Shown in pieces: positions 45,536-57,905 of a DNA stretch of 64,000 nt (position 1 is the stretch's first letter; each line of letters opens with the position of its first letter). Location of the stretch: positions 12,999,579 through 13,063,578 of the forward strand of contig NC_043026.1 in assembly GCF_006345805.1 (NCBI RefSeq), read 5' to 3'. The notes beneath the pieces were generated by a model. The model made no database searches. It was not told where the DNA came from and saw nothing but the letters and a program-made list of their open reading frames with translations. The stretch comes from Octopus sinensis (taxonomy: Eukaryota). A program made the translations under genes and the position numbers.

Positions 45536-45960
45536 ACAAACATATCTTTCAGTTGCAGTAGACTATGCATTGCACTGTATGCAATTATGCATCCAAGTTG
45601 CAGCAATTTCATCAAGGGTCTATGTTGTTTAATAAAAGAAATGTTTTTCACTCAAGAATCGAGATGGAGAGAATTACATCAACTGACCAGAAAATATAAT
45701 GCAACAAATTATTAAAATGAAAGGATTTTAATTTCAAAATTCAGAACATTTTTAACAAAATATTTTAAATTGACAAAAAAATATTTCCTCACAAATTTCA
45801 ATGATAAAGTTTTGCCTAAATTTCTCAGTGATTTCTGTTTTTGCTGGATCTGAATTATTAACACAAAGAAAAGGAAAGTCTGCTTTTTACATTGAATGTT
45901 CTTTGCTTGTTTCTGATTTCATCATTGAATAATTTGTGGTTTTTATGATACTCTAACGAA

Positions 45961-46364
45961 TCATCATCATCATCGTTTAACGTCCGCTTTCCATGCTAGC
46001 ATGGGTTGGACGGTTCGACCAGGAGGCTGCACCAGGTTCCAATCTTGATCTGGTAGAGTTTCTACAGCTGGATGCCCTTCCTAACGCCAACCACTCCGTG
46101 AGTGTAGTGGATGCTTTTTACGTGCCACCGACACAGACATTATATATATATATATGCCAGACTCCCCTGGCACCTGTGCCGGTGGCACGTAAAAAGCACC
46201 CACTACACTCACGGAGTGGTTGGCGTTAGGAAGGGCATCCAGCTGTAGAAACACTGCCAGATCAGACTGGAGCCTGGTGCAGCCCCTGGCTTCCCAGATC
46301 CCGGTCGAACCGTCCAACCCATGCTAGCATGGAAAACGGACGTTAAACGATGATGATGATGATG
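45961..46364. mobile_element. Head-to-head pair of (GAT)n-tailed elements forming a ~175-bp-arm inverted repeat
   Basis: 45961-46136 minus and ~46157-46364 plus, separated by (TA)n. Confidence 0.8.
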
Positions 46365-46616
46365 TATGTATGTAAGTGTGTGTGTGTCTGTTTCTATGAA
46401 TCTGGGTTGATGCCTGATTGTTTTGACATCACAAAATTGTCACCCTCACACAAGCATTTCCAATCCTTTGTGAAAACCTAAGTTGGAAGGGCATCCACCA
46501 GCAAGAAATGTGCCTCAGCAAATTCTATCTGACCCATGCATATATGGAAAAGTGCACGTTAAAATCTTGAGGTTTTCTCTGATGATTCAACAAGAAGCTT
46601 GCTTCCCAATCTATAC

Positions 46617-46662
<46 letters not shown>

Positions 46663-46931
46663 CAATATCTCTCTCTATATATATACATATATATGCATGT
46701 ATGTGTATATATATATATATATATAATTATAATAAGGGTTTTTTGCAACAAGTTGCTTAAATCACATACCGAAAATATTAGAAATAGCAGTCAAAGGGCT
46801 ACCATTTCTATTACTACAATATATATATAAATTTATAAATTTTTACCGAATATGGTTCTTTTGCATACTGAAATACTACTAGGTGAAATTTATTGATTTT
46901 ATTAAATCAATTATATTTCACCCTTTATCTG

Positions 46932-46934
<3 letters not shown>

Positions 46935-47016
<82 letters not shown>
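46935..47016. repeat. Pure (TA)n microsatellite
   Basis: Seen directly. Confidence 0.98.
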
Positions 47017-47021
<5 letters not shown>

Positions 47022-47354
47022 TATAGGAAATTTTCTGTTGTGAGTTTGCTACCCAGGTATCGGTTATCTTTCAAATTATCCGTAATAAGATAATTCATTT
47101 GTCTACTTAAATAATTATATATATATATGCAGCTGTGTGTTTGTGTCCATATTTATTCCCCGCCACTGCTTGAGATCTGGTGTTGGTGTCTTTAAGTCAC
47201 AATAACTTAGCAGTTCGGCAAAAGATAAGGATAGAATAAATACCAGGTTTGAAAAAGGAACGATAATTGGAGTCAATTCATTCGATTAAAAATTACTTGA
47301 GGCATTGCCCCAGTATCCGTGGGGTCTACTGGCCGAAACACATAAAAGGTAAAT

Positions 47355-48109
47355 AGGCGCAGGAGTGGCTGTGTGATAAGTAGATGCTTACCAACCACAT
47401 GGTTCTGGGTTCAGTCCCACTGCGTGGCACCTTGGGCAAGTGTCTTCTACTATAGCCTCAGGCCGACCAAAGCCTTTTGAGTGGATTTGGTAGACGGAAA
47501 CTGAAAGAAGCCCGTCGTATATATGTATATGTATATATATATAGGCGCAGGAGAGGCTGTGTGGTAAGTAGCTTGCTTACCAACCACATGGTTCCGGGTT
47601 CAGTCCCACTGCGTGGCACCTTGGGCAAGTGTCTTCTACTATAGCCTCAGGCCGACCAAAGCCTTTTGAGTGGATTTGGTAGACGGAAACTGAAAGAAGC
47701 CCGTCGTATATATGTATATGTATATATATATAGGCGCAGGAGAGGTTGTGTGGTAAGTAGCTTGCTTACCAACCACATGGTTCCGGGTTCAGTCCCACTG
47801 CGTGGCACCTTGGGCAAGTGTCTTCTACTATAGCCTCGGGCCGACCAAAGCCTTGTGAGTGAATTTGGGAGACGGAAACTGAAAGAAGCCCGTCGTATAT
47901 ATGTATGTGTGTGTATATGTTTGTATGTCTGTGTTTGTCCCCCTAGCATTGCTTGACAACTGATGCTGGTGTGTTTACATCACCGTCACTTAGCGGTTCG
48001 GCAAAAGAAACCGATAGAATAAGTCCTGGGGTCGATTTGCTTTACTAAAAGGCGGTGCTCCAGTATGGCTGCAGTCAAAAATGACTGAAACAAGTAAAAG
48101 AGTAAAGAG
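47355..48109 (+). mobile_element. Family-1 SINE trimer (heads at 47355, 47543, 47732; one tail)
   Basis: 188/189-bp period. Confidence 0.9.
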
Positions 48110-48399
48110 GGTTCCTGCCTAAAAACTGAATGGTGAATACATTTTGACATTTTTCTCCAGGAAGTATTTCTGGATTACAAGACCAGAAGTCAGAGAATAA
48201 TTTCCAAAATACTTCCCACGGATAAGTTCTCTCTATTCAACTCTTCTTCATTAAATTGAAGACTGACTTTAACACTGAATAATTCCTCCTTTATATAGTT
48301 TTTCTGTCCAGTTTAACTTCCACTATAGCCTTGGGCTAACCAAAGCCTTGTGAGTGGATTTGGTAGGTGGAAACTGAAAGAAGCCTGTCATATATATAT

Positions 48400-48805
48400 T
48401 TTACTCTTTTACTTGTTTCAGTCATTTGACTGCGGCCATGCTGGAGCACCGCCATTTTAATCGAGCAACTCCACCCCGGGACTTATTCTTTGTAAGCCCA
48501 GTACTTATTCTATCGATCTCTTTTTGCCGAACCGCTAAGTGACGGGGACATAAACACACCAGCATCTGCTGTCAAGCAATGCTAGGGGGACAAACACAGA
48601 CACACAAACATATACACACGCATATATATATATACATATATACGACAGGCTTCTTTCAGTTTCCGTCTACCAAATCCACTCACAAGGCTTTGGTCGGCCT
48701 GGGGCTATAGCAGAAGACACTTGCCCAAGGTGCCACGCAGTGGGACTGAACCCGGAACCATGTGGTTGGTTAGCAAGCTACTTACCACGCAGCCACTCCT
48801 GCGCC
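48400..48805 (-). mobile_element. Family-1 SINE
   Basis: Full head, CORE and tail on the minus strand. Confidence 0.85.
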
Positions 48806-49044
48806 AATATATATATGTATATGAAGCTATGTGTGTGAGTTTCTATGTGTTCTACGTTTGTCCTGCTACACTGCTTGACAACTGGTGTTGGTATGTTTAT
48901 ATCCCTGTAACTTAGCAGTTCAGCAAAACGTACACATAGACTAAGTGCCAAGTGTAAAAAGACACAAAAGTGCTGGGGTCAATTCATTCGACTAAAACCT
49001 TGTGGAAAATGGATTGAGTAATCCATTATTCTGAGAATATGGAT

Positions 49045-49445
49045 TGAGTAATCCATATTCTGAGCGCCTTGTTTCCCTGGGCATGGATTCACTGAAGCTC
49101 CGGCATCTGGCAACGGACTTGGTAAACACCCACAAAGTTATCAACCACCTCACCAACAACAACACTGAACACCTTTTTGATCTCCATGTGTCCAACACGC
49201 GTGGACATGCCTACAAGGTCAGAAAACAACACAGCTCCCATGACTTTCGGAAACATTTTTTCACGCTCAGAGTTGCTGAAGCATGGAACAAACTGCCTGC
49301 GTCAGTTGTTGACTGCCATGACACTGCATCCTTTAAGGCCCTCATGCTTTCCGAAATACGCCGAAACTACACCTGATTATACATACATACATGAGTTGTA
49401 GTGCACCTGAGCACTGTACACAATTATTATTATTATTATTATTAT
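49045..49445 (+). mobile_element. CR1/L2-clade LINE 3' fragment
   Basis: MDSLKLR...TRGHAYKVRK...RVAEAWNKLP; (ATT)n tail; short foldback at the 5' junction (gaatatggatt/aatccatattc). Confidence 0.85.
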
Positions 49446-49603
49446 CCACAAGTTCACAAATAGGAATGCCCAGAATATTTTGGAGAAAAAACTTCTCCTA
49501 AACAAGAGATCAACAAGATTCAAAGATAAGAAATGATGAGAAATGAGAATTATTTCCATCATATTTCCCCCAAGTTAAAATGTTCTCCACAGAAAAGGAT
49601 TTA

Positions 49604-51601
49604 TCATATTCCACAGTTAAGAGATTTCCTTCCTCTGTGAATCCTTTTGTGTTGTGTTAAGTTACTGCTAGTGGCAAAAGATTTTCCACAGATTTCACAG
49701 CGGAAAGGTTTTTCCCCTGTATGGATTCTTCTATGCTTCGTTAAGCTACTGCTATAATTAAAAGATTTCCCACATATCTGACAGCCAAATGGTTTCTCCC
49801 CTATATGTCTTCTTTGGTGTTTCGTTAAGATACTGTTAGACACAAACGATGTCCCGCAGATTTCACAGTGGAAAAGTTTTTCTCTTGTGTGGACACGTTT
49901 GTGAATTACAAGATGATAACTCTGAAAAAAAGATTTTCCACATACTTCGCAGAGGAAAGGCTTTTCTCCAGTATGGCCACGTTTGTGACATATGAGATGG
50001 GAATTCTGAGAAAAAGATTTTCCGCATATTTCACAGTGGAAAGGTTTCTCCCCAGTATGCAGTCGTTCATGCCTCGTTAAGTCACTGCCACAAACGAAAG
50101 TTTTCCCACAGATTTGACAGCGAAATGGTTTCACTCCTGAATGGATTCGTTTGTGTTTTGTTAAGTTGCCATTGTAGGCAAACAATGTGCCGCATATTTC
50201 ACAACGATACGGTTTTTCCCCAGTGTGACTCTGCTGATGTCTGACAAGAGTAGAATTTTGAGTGAAACACTTCCTGCATATTTCACAGCGAAGCAGTTTT
50301 CGTCCAGAGTCATTCAATTTGCACGTATTTAAGAGGCTGTTACCAACGAAGGGTTCCCCAAATATTTCATGGAAAGGCTTCTCTTCAGCGTGACTTCGTT
50401 TGTGAACAACAAGAAGAGAATTATCGGAGAAAGATTTCTCACACACTTCACAACGGTAGGGATTTTCTCCAGTGTCACTACGTTGGTGTTCAACGAGGCA
50501 TGGTTTATCAGCAAATGATTTTCCACCTATTTCAAAGCGATAAATATTTTCTCCAGTGTGACTAAGTTTGTGACGAACCAAATTAAAATTAACAGAGAAT
50601 GATTTACCACAGATATCACAATGATGTGGTTTCTCCCCGGTATGTGTTCGCTTATGTTTCTTTAAAGCACTATTACAGAAAAAATAATTTCCACATATCT
50701 CACAATCATAGGATTTTTCCCCCGTGTGGATCCGTTTGTGTTTCGTTAAGCCACTGTTATCAGTAAAGCTTTTCCCACACGTTTCACAGTGGAATGGTTT
50801 TTCACGTGAATGTGTTCTTAAATGCCTGTTTAAATCACAGTTAAAACGAAAATATTTCGGACATATTTCACAATGGAGTAATTTTTCTCCAGTGTGGAGT
50901 CTTTTGTGAAATGTTAGCTCACTTTTACAGATAAATGATTTTGCACAGATTTCACACTTGAATGGTTTCTCCCCAGTGTGACGACGTGTGTGTAGAACAA
51001 GATCAGAATTGTTAAGAAATGATCTCCCGCAGATCTCACAACTAAACGGTTTCTCACCACTATGGATTCGTTTATGTCTGTTTAAATCACTGTTAGATAA
51101 AAAATATTTCTGACAAATTTCACAATGAAATAATTTTCCTCCAGAGTGGATTCTTTCGTGAATTTTTAGTACACTTTTACAGACAAATGATTTTGCACAA
51201 ATTTCACACTTGAATGGTTTCTCCCCAGTGTGACTACGAGTGTGTAGAACAAGATCAGAATTGTTAATGAATGATTTCCCGCAGATCTCACAATGAAACA
51301 GTCTTGCTCCAGTGTGTATCCGTTTGTGTTTCGTTAAGACATCTTCAGAGACAAAATATTTCCCACATATTTCACAATTATAGGCTTTTTCCTTATTGTG
51401 TATTTCTTTGTGTTTAAAGACTTCTTGCTCCGAAGGGAATGTCTTCCTACAAACATCACATTTATATTCGGTGATATTTCCCTGTCTCGATCTTTCTTTA
51501 GTAAATACTTCACCATTAACAGTTTTCTCATCCCCGTCTGTCTCTCTATCTGTATCTGTATCGTTCAAAACAATTGTGTCCAAGTGATCAACGGTCTCCA
51601 T
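49604..51601 (-). CDS. C2H2 zinc-finger protein 'B', 665 aa: 46-aa leader + 22 repeats (repeats 12 and 14 degenerate)
   Basis: Intact ORF with the conserved 5' module. Confidence 0.93.
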   Translation of the reverse strand: METVDHLDTIVLNDTDTDRETDGDEKTVNGEVFTKERSRQGNITEYKCDVCRKTFPSEQEVFKHKEIHNKEKAYNCEICGKYFVSEDVLTKHKRIHTGARLFHCEICGKSFINNSDLVLHTRSHTGEKPFKCEICAKSFVCKSVLKIHERIHSGGKLFHCEICQKYFLSNSDLNRHKRIHSGEKPFSCEICGRSFLNNSDLVLHTRRHTGEKPFKCEICAKSFICKSELTFHKRLHTGEKLLHCEICPKYFRFNCDLNRHLRTHSREKPFHCETCGKSFTDNSGLTKHKRIHTGEKSYDCEICGNYFFCNSALKKHKRTHTGEKPHHCDICGKSFSVNFNLVRHKLSHTGENIYRFEIGGKSFADKPCLVEHQRSDTGENPYRCEVCEKSFSDNSLLVVHKRSHAEEKPFHEIFGEPFVGNSLLNTCKLNDSGRKLLRCEICRKCFTQNSTLVRHQQSHTGEKPYRCEICGTLFAYNGNLTKHKRIHSGVKPFRCQICGKTFVCGSDLTRHERLHTGEKPFHCEICGKSFSQNSHLICHKRGHTGEKPFLCEVCGKSFFQSYHLVIHKRVHTREKLFHCEICGTSFVSNSILTKHQRRHIGEKPFGCQICGKSFNYSSSLTKHRRIHTGEKPFRCEICGKSFATSSNLTQHKRIHRGRKSLNCGI

Positions 51602-52210
51602 ATTATTTCTTGAGCAATTCTTAAAAAGCTGACAAACGTCTGTGAGTTAATTTATTGTGGTTCAATTTCTTGTCTTAGATATCACAGTCCTCCGTTTACA
51701 AGTGTGGAACAGATGCAATGTAGATATATTTCCTACTCACCAGTAGAATGTTTGGTATAAAGTCCAAATGAAGAGTGGAGAAGGCTGAAGAAAGTTCGTT
51801 GATTGATTTGTTGTTGATTAAAAGCCATTTCCTCCTTTTCTGTAAAATAGGGAAAAACCAATTAACGATTTAAAGCTTTGATCAAATGAAATAATTAATC
51901 TGGGACAGTGGAATGTTTGCTTTGGTTTTGTCGAGTTGGGTCGAACGAACCCCTAAAAACCAGACTTGTTCGTAGCCCTGTCTTATCCGCAAACGGTAAC
52001 GTTCACCTCAACATGAGATAATTACTACGAATGATTTAATTAGATTTAATTAAGAAAATTAGAAACACGGTAGACGGTGTCGATGATACTTTTTCCCTTG
52101 TTTGAATATAAGCGGTGACGAAAATAAAAATCCCCACTCAAAAATAAACGTTTGGTTAGAATATAGTTTTCAACTGGAAATGAGTACGCTTCGGATATTA
52201 TAGCAATGTA

Positions 52211-52638
52211 CCGTAAATCCTCGAGTATAGTCCGCCCAGGGGATTTTTAGGGGTCTGTACCTCTGAAAAACCTAAACCTTGTGTATAATACGCACCCCTT
52301 CTCTAACTTGAGTCAAGGAGATCTATATAACATCCTTTATTATTATTGTATATATAACATAAAATAAAGAAATAACAGTAATAACGTTTAATAAATGTTG
52401 CTTATTGCAAGTTATGGATGATTCTTTTATGACTTCATTGCTTTCAGGCTTAGCTGAAGGTATTTTCGCGCCCGACATCACAAAATGCGTCTGAATAAAC
52501 ATTGCCGGACAGCAAATAAGGACTCGGACATTGCTTAGAAAATAATTGTCATTTTTGAACCTCGTATATAGTACGCACTAGGGATTTTGACCTTTAAATT
52601 TTGGGGGAAAAAAGCAGATTATACTCGAGGATTTACGG
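52211..52638. mobile_element. Complete Tc2/pogo-like MITE (428 bp)
   Basis: TIRs ccgtaaatcctcgagtata(g/a)tc(c/t)gc; TA at 52209-10 and 52639-40. Confidence 0.85.
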
Positions 52639-55484
52639 TATATGAGGGCAGCTCCCGACTTTAAGTGGGTGGCGGAAGGCCTGGTTTCAGGCCCCACCTT
52701 CCGAGTTCTTTTAGATGACCTAGAAAAACTGAAGATCGGCTGCACTGAATGAATGTGAGAAGGGAACATTGAATAAAATCCTAAATAACTGATCCACTTG
52801 TACTTTCTTTTCCTAAAGCCAGTAACATTTCTTCACCCCTTCTACAATACGCTACGTAACTTTGTTTATATATTTACATATATATAAACTTCTTTTTCTG
52901 TAAGTGATTCTAGCTTTTGAAGCTGTCCAATTTGTTTCTGTTTACAAGTTTTATACGTTCAAATCATTCCACACGAGCTGGAATCGTTTTCTTTATTTTT
53001 CGCGTTTGTCTCTCATAAATGCTTTTCTAATCTACAGTGGAGAAGGCTAGCCACTGGATTTGGTTAAAAAGAGACGATGAGCGATGGCTAGAAGGATATT
53101 GAGCTTAACTTCATAACCAGCTGATCTAGCAAGCGGGGCTTCATATCAGTGAGGGGGGGGGCAGTGCGCATTGATGCCGTCGAGAGGTAGGCCCCGAAAT
53201 GGAGAAGGCTAGCCACTGGATTTGGTTAAAAAGAGACGATGAGCGATGGCTAGAAGGATGTTGAGTTTAACTTCATAACCAGCTGATCTAGCAAGCGGGG
53301 CCTCATATCAGTGAGGGGGGCCGTCGAGAGGTAGGCCCCGAAATGGCTCGCATTCTCTCCTGATGACCCCATACACTTGCTAGCTTCCGGTATACGGAGC
53401 TTTTAACTGGTAGCTTTTGCCTGTGCAAGTAGTTTGCAAGACATCCAACAGATATTCCACAGCATCTCTGCTTCGTTGTTCTTTTTGTCTTTCGTATTTG
53501 AAAGTTCATTCTAATCTTGACTTCCATTTCATAAAATGCAATGTGTTCCCCATCGCTCAGGCCGGCAGACGGAAACTTAAGCCAGAAACGGAGTTGGAGG
53601 GAGTGAGAGTGAGAGATGCCCAGGGCAGGTGAACCGTTGCCATAGGTTGCACTCAGAAGCCGTTGTGCAAATTTTTATTGTTGATAGTATGTACTTTAAT
53701 AACTTCCCCCACTGATATAGGCTTACCTGTACAAATGTACACCTTCACCTGCCCCTACAGACATTGTTTCCTCATACCTGTCAGGAAAATGACTGCAACA
53801 AAGAATAAAAGATCAGGGAGTAGAAATGAAGATTGGAAAGCAGAAACCTGCAGCCTCGATTGGAAGGGGAACAATACAGCCCCTGATTATAAGGGAGTTG
53901 GCAGTGCAAACGTGGTTTTATGTTGTTTAATAAAAGAACGTTTTTCACTCAAGAATCAAAATGGAAAGAATCACATCAACTGACCAGAAAATATAATGCA
54001 ACAAATTATTAAAATGAAAGGATTTTAATTTCAAAATTCAGAACATTTTTAACAAAATATTTTAAATTGACAAAAAAATATTTCCTCACAAATTTCAATG
54101 ATAAAGTTTTGCCTAAATTTCTCAGTGATTTCTGTTTTTGCTGGATCTGATTGACACAAAGAAAAGGAAAGTCTGCTTTTTACATTGAATGTTCTTTGCT
54201 TGTTTCTGATTTCATCATTGAATAATTTGTGGTTTTATGCTAGTCTAAGGAATATAAAGAATAAATTTTTATTTAAAATGATTTTGAATTTCCTGTGGTT
54301 TTAATTAAAAATTAGTGATAGACGAGGTAAAGTGAAAAGGTTTCACTTGGACGAATCTCTCTCCAGCTGTTGGTTTCATATTCCAACATGACCACCATTA
54401 CAGAATTTAGACACTTTTCTAAACCATACCGTGTTGATATCGGTTTCAGTCCGACTATGAGATGTCTTGGACAAGTGTTCTATATTATTATAGCAGACGG
54501 AGAAAAGAACTTGTGAGATGCAAACAGAAAGAAACATGTATATTAGATAAAGATAGTTGTGGCTGGTCTATGGGCTTAGTTTTAGAGCAGTTGTCAGATC
54601 GTAACAGCTTATGCCCCTGGTGACCAACCAGAAATTTCTGAAGAGATGCTGTAAAGCTAAGCCCTTCATGCACTCAAATCCCTGTGTAAAACCATACACT
54701 GCCCATAACTACCTTTGTCTAATTACTCTATTGCTCTATGACTTGGAGTATACTTCTCTTTTCTATTCATGATTTACAGAAATTATACACACACACATAA
54801 ATATCATCATCATTTAATGTCCGTTTTCCATGCTAGCATGGGTTGGACAGTTCGACCAGGGTCTGGGAAGCCAGGAGGCTGCACCAGGCTCCAGTCTGAT
54901 CTATATTATTATACCAGACTGAGGAAAGGCGTTAGATAACTTGCCAGATGCAGACACAAAGAAACCTATTTACACACATACATATATATTAGATGAAGAT
55001 AGTTATGGCTGTTCTATGGGGTTACCCAGGGTTCTGCATCCAGAAAATACACAGCATTACACCACCCCTTCAGACACTAACAGCCGGTGGCCTATCACAC
55101 TGGCCATAACGATCTCTATCTAATTACATTACTGCTTGAGAATGTGATTGGTGATTGCCTGAGGCAGTGGTCATTCTTTTTACGCGTTGCCCTCGTCCGC
55201 ACTGGTCACAATTTTTTGAGCTCCTTGCTCTACCGACCCAGTGTTCATTGTCCTTTACAAGTTTTCATTTCTCTTTCGCATTCCCCATTCTTGTCTTGTC
55301 CAGCAGCCCAAAGGCTTTTCTTGCTCTCTATCGACTATTTTCATTTAATCCTTGTTTTCCTGGGGCCCTAAACCTTTATTCTGCTCATTATTTTGTCCTT
55401 CATTCATTTACTAACGATTTCGTCTCAAACCGATCTCGTTTTCTTATGTTTTGGTCCCATTCCTGGCAAGTTTTTAAGGATTTA

Positions 55485-57905
55485 TCATATTCCACTGTTA
55501 AAAGGTTTCCCTCCAGAGTGAATCCTTTTGTGTTCTGTTAAGTTACTGTTATATGCAAAACATTTCCCACAGATTTCACAAGGAAAACGTTGTTCCCCTG
55601 CATGGACCCTTTTGTGTTCTGTTAAGTTACTGTTAGATGCAAAACATTTCCCACAGATTTCACAAAAAAAACGTCCTTCAACTTTATGTATCCTTTTGTG
55701 TTTTGTTAAGCCACTCTCAGACACAAACGATGTCCCACAGAATTCACAGTGGAATGGCTTCTCTCCAGTGTGATGACGTTTGTGAATTACAAGACGAGAA
55801 TTCAGAGTAAAAGATTTTCCACACATTTCACAGTGGAAGCGTTTCTGTTCAGAATGCAGTCTTTTATGCCTCGTTAATTTACTGCTACAAACAAAAGATT
55901 CCCCACATATTTCACAGCCAAATGCTTTCTCTTTTGAGTGTATCCTTTTGTGTTGTGTTAAGGTAGTGCTAGACACAAATGATGTCCCACACATTTCACA
56001 GTGGAACGGCTTTTCTCCAGTGTGGCCACGTTTGTGAATTACAAGATGAGGATTCTGAGAAAAAGATTTTCCACATATTTCACAGTGGAAAGGTTTTTCC
56101 CCAGTATGGACCCTTCTATGCCTCGTTAAGTCACTGCTACAAACAAAAGATTTTCCACATATTTCACAGCCAAATGGTTTGTCTCCTGTATGGACTCGTT
56201 CGTGCTTCGTTAAGTTACTGCGAGAGACAAATAATGAGCCACATATATCACAACAATAAGGCTTTTCTCCGGTGTGAATTCGTTTATGAATGACAAGCGT
56301 AGAATTAAGAGTGAACCATTTCCCGCACATATCACAGTGAAACCTTTTTCCTCTAGAGTGAATAAATTTGTGTGTGTTTAAGTGGCTGCTCCTGACAAAA
56401 GACTTTCCACATATTCCACAATGGAAAGGTTTATCTCCAGTGTGAGTTCGTTTGTGAACTACAAGAGAAGAATTATTAGAGAAGGATTTACCACAGATTT
56501 CACAATGGAAAGGTCTTTCACCTGTGTGACTACGTAAGTGAAGAACAAGAGTAAAATTTGTATTATAAGATTTGCCACAAACCCTGCAGTGGAAAGGTCT
56601 TTCTCCTGTGTGGATCCGTTTGTGAACTGCAAGATGAGAGGCTTGAGTGAAACTTTTTCCACACACCTCGCAATGGTGAGGCTTCTCCCCTGTATGTGTT
56701 TGTTTATGCCTGTTTAAAGCATAATTGGAGAGAAAATATTTTCCACAGATCTCACAATGAAACAGTCTTGCTCCAGTGTGGAGTCTTTTGTGAATTTTTA
56801 GTCGACATTTTGAGATAAATGATTTTGCACATATCTCACAGTTGTATGGTTTCTCCCCAGTGTGACAACGTGTGTGTAGAACAAGATCAGAATTGTTAAG
56901 AAATGATTTGAAGCATATCTCACAACTGAAGGGTTTCTCATCAGAGTGGATTCTTTTGTGAATACTAAGTACACTTTTAGATACAAATGATTTCTGACAT
57001 ATTTCACACTTGAATGGTTTCTCCCCAGTGTGACTACGTGTGTGTAGAACAAGATCAGAATTGGTAATACAAGATTTCCCGCATATCTCACAACTGAAGG
57101 GTTTCTCATCAGAGTGGATTCTTTTGTGAATTCTAAGTACACTTTTAGATACAAATGATTTCTGACATATTTCACACTTGAATGGTTTCTCCCCAGTGTG
57201 ACTACGTGTGTGTAGAACAAGATCAGAATTGTTAATATATGATTTCCCGCAGATCTCACAACTGAAGGGTTTCTCATCAGAGTGGATCCTTTTATGTCTG
57301 TTTAAAACACTGTTACAGGCAAATGATTTTGCACATATTTCACACTTGAATGGTTTCTCCCCAGTGTGACGACGTGTGTGTACTGAAAGTTCAGAATTTC
57401 TAAGAAATGATTTCCCGCAGATCTCACAACTGAAGGGTTTCTCATCAGAGTGGATTCTTTTATGGTTGTTTAAAACACTGTTATGGACAAATGATTTCGC
57501 ACAAATTTCACACTTGAATGGTTTCTCCCCAGTGTGACTACGAGTGTGTATTGCAAGATGAGAATTGCATTGAAACGATTTTCCACAGATCTCACAATGG
57601 AACAGTCTTGCTCCAGTGTGTATCCGTTTGTGTTTCGTTAAGACATCTTCAGAGACAAAATATTTCCCACATATTTCACAATTATAGGCTTTTTCCTTAT
57701 TGTGTATTTCTTTGTGTTTAAAGACTTCTTGCTCCGAAGGGAATGTCTTCCTACAAACATCACATTTATATTCGGTGATATTTCCCTGTCTCGATCTTTC
57801 TTTAGTAAATACTTCACCATTAACAGTTTTCTCATCCCCGTCTGTCTCTCTATCTGTATCTGTATCGTTCAAAACAATTGTGTCCAAGTGATCAACGTTC
57901 TCCAT
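55485..57905 (-). CDS. C2H2 zinc-finger protein 'A', 806 aa: 46-aa leader + 27 fingers
   Basis: Intact ORF with the conserved 5' module (internal deletion). Confidence 0.93.
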   Translation of the reverse strand: MENVDHLDTIVLNDTDTDRETDGDEKTVNGEVFTKERSRQGNITEYKCDVCRKTFPSEQEVFKHKEIHNKEKAYNCEICGKYFVSEDVLTKHKRIHTGARLFHCEICGKSFQCNSHLAIHTRSHTGEKPFKCEICAKSFVHNSVLNNHKRIHSDEKPFSCEICGKSFLRNSELSVHTRRHTGEKPFKCEICAKSFACNSVLNRHKRIHSDEKPFSCEICGKSYINNSDLVLHTRSHTGEKPFKCEICQKSFVSKSVLRIHKRIHSDEKPFSCEICGKSCITNSDLVLHTRSHTGEKPFKCEICQKSFVSKSVLSIHKRIHSDEKPFSCEICFKSFLNNSDLVLHTRCHTGEKPYNCEICAKSFISKCRLKIHKRLHTGARLFHCEICGKYFLSNYALNRHKQTHTGEKPHHCEVCGKSFTQASHLAVHKRIHTGERPFHCRVCGKSYNTNFTLVLHLRSHTGERPFHCEICGKSFSNNSSLVVHKRTHTGDKPFHCGICGKSFVRSSHLNTHKFIHSRGKRFHCDMCGKWFTLNSTLVIHKRIHTGEKPYCCDICGSLFVSRSNLTKHERVHTGDKPFGCEICGKSFVCSSDLTRHRRVHTGEKPFHCEICGKSFSQNPHLVIHKRGHTGEKPFHCEMCGTSFVSSTTLTQHKRIHSKEKAFGCEICGESFVCSSKLTRHKRLHSEQKRFHCEMCGKSFTLNSRLVIHKRHHTGEKPFHCEFCGTSFVSESGLTKHKRIHKVEGRFFCEICGKCFASNSNLTEHKRVHAGEQRFPCEICGKCFAYNSNLTEHKRIHSGGKPFNSGI

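Noticed and set aside
46850-46935. Second hammerhead-like hairpin (ggtgaaat...atttcacc)
   Set aside because: A stem II-like hairpin is present but the CUGANGA and GAAA cores are not.
47355-47430. tRNA genes
   Set aside because: A and B boxes belong to SINE heads that continue into CORE and tail sequence; no complete cloverleaf was seen.
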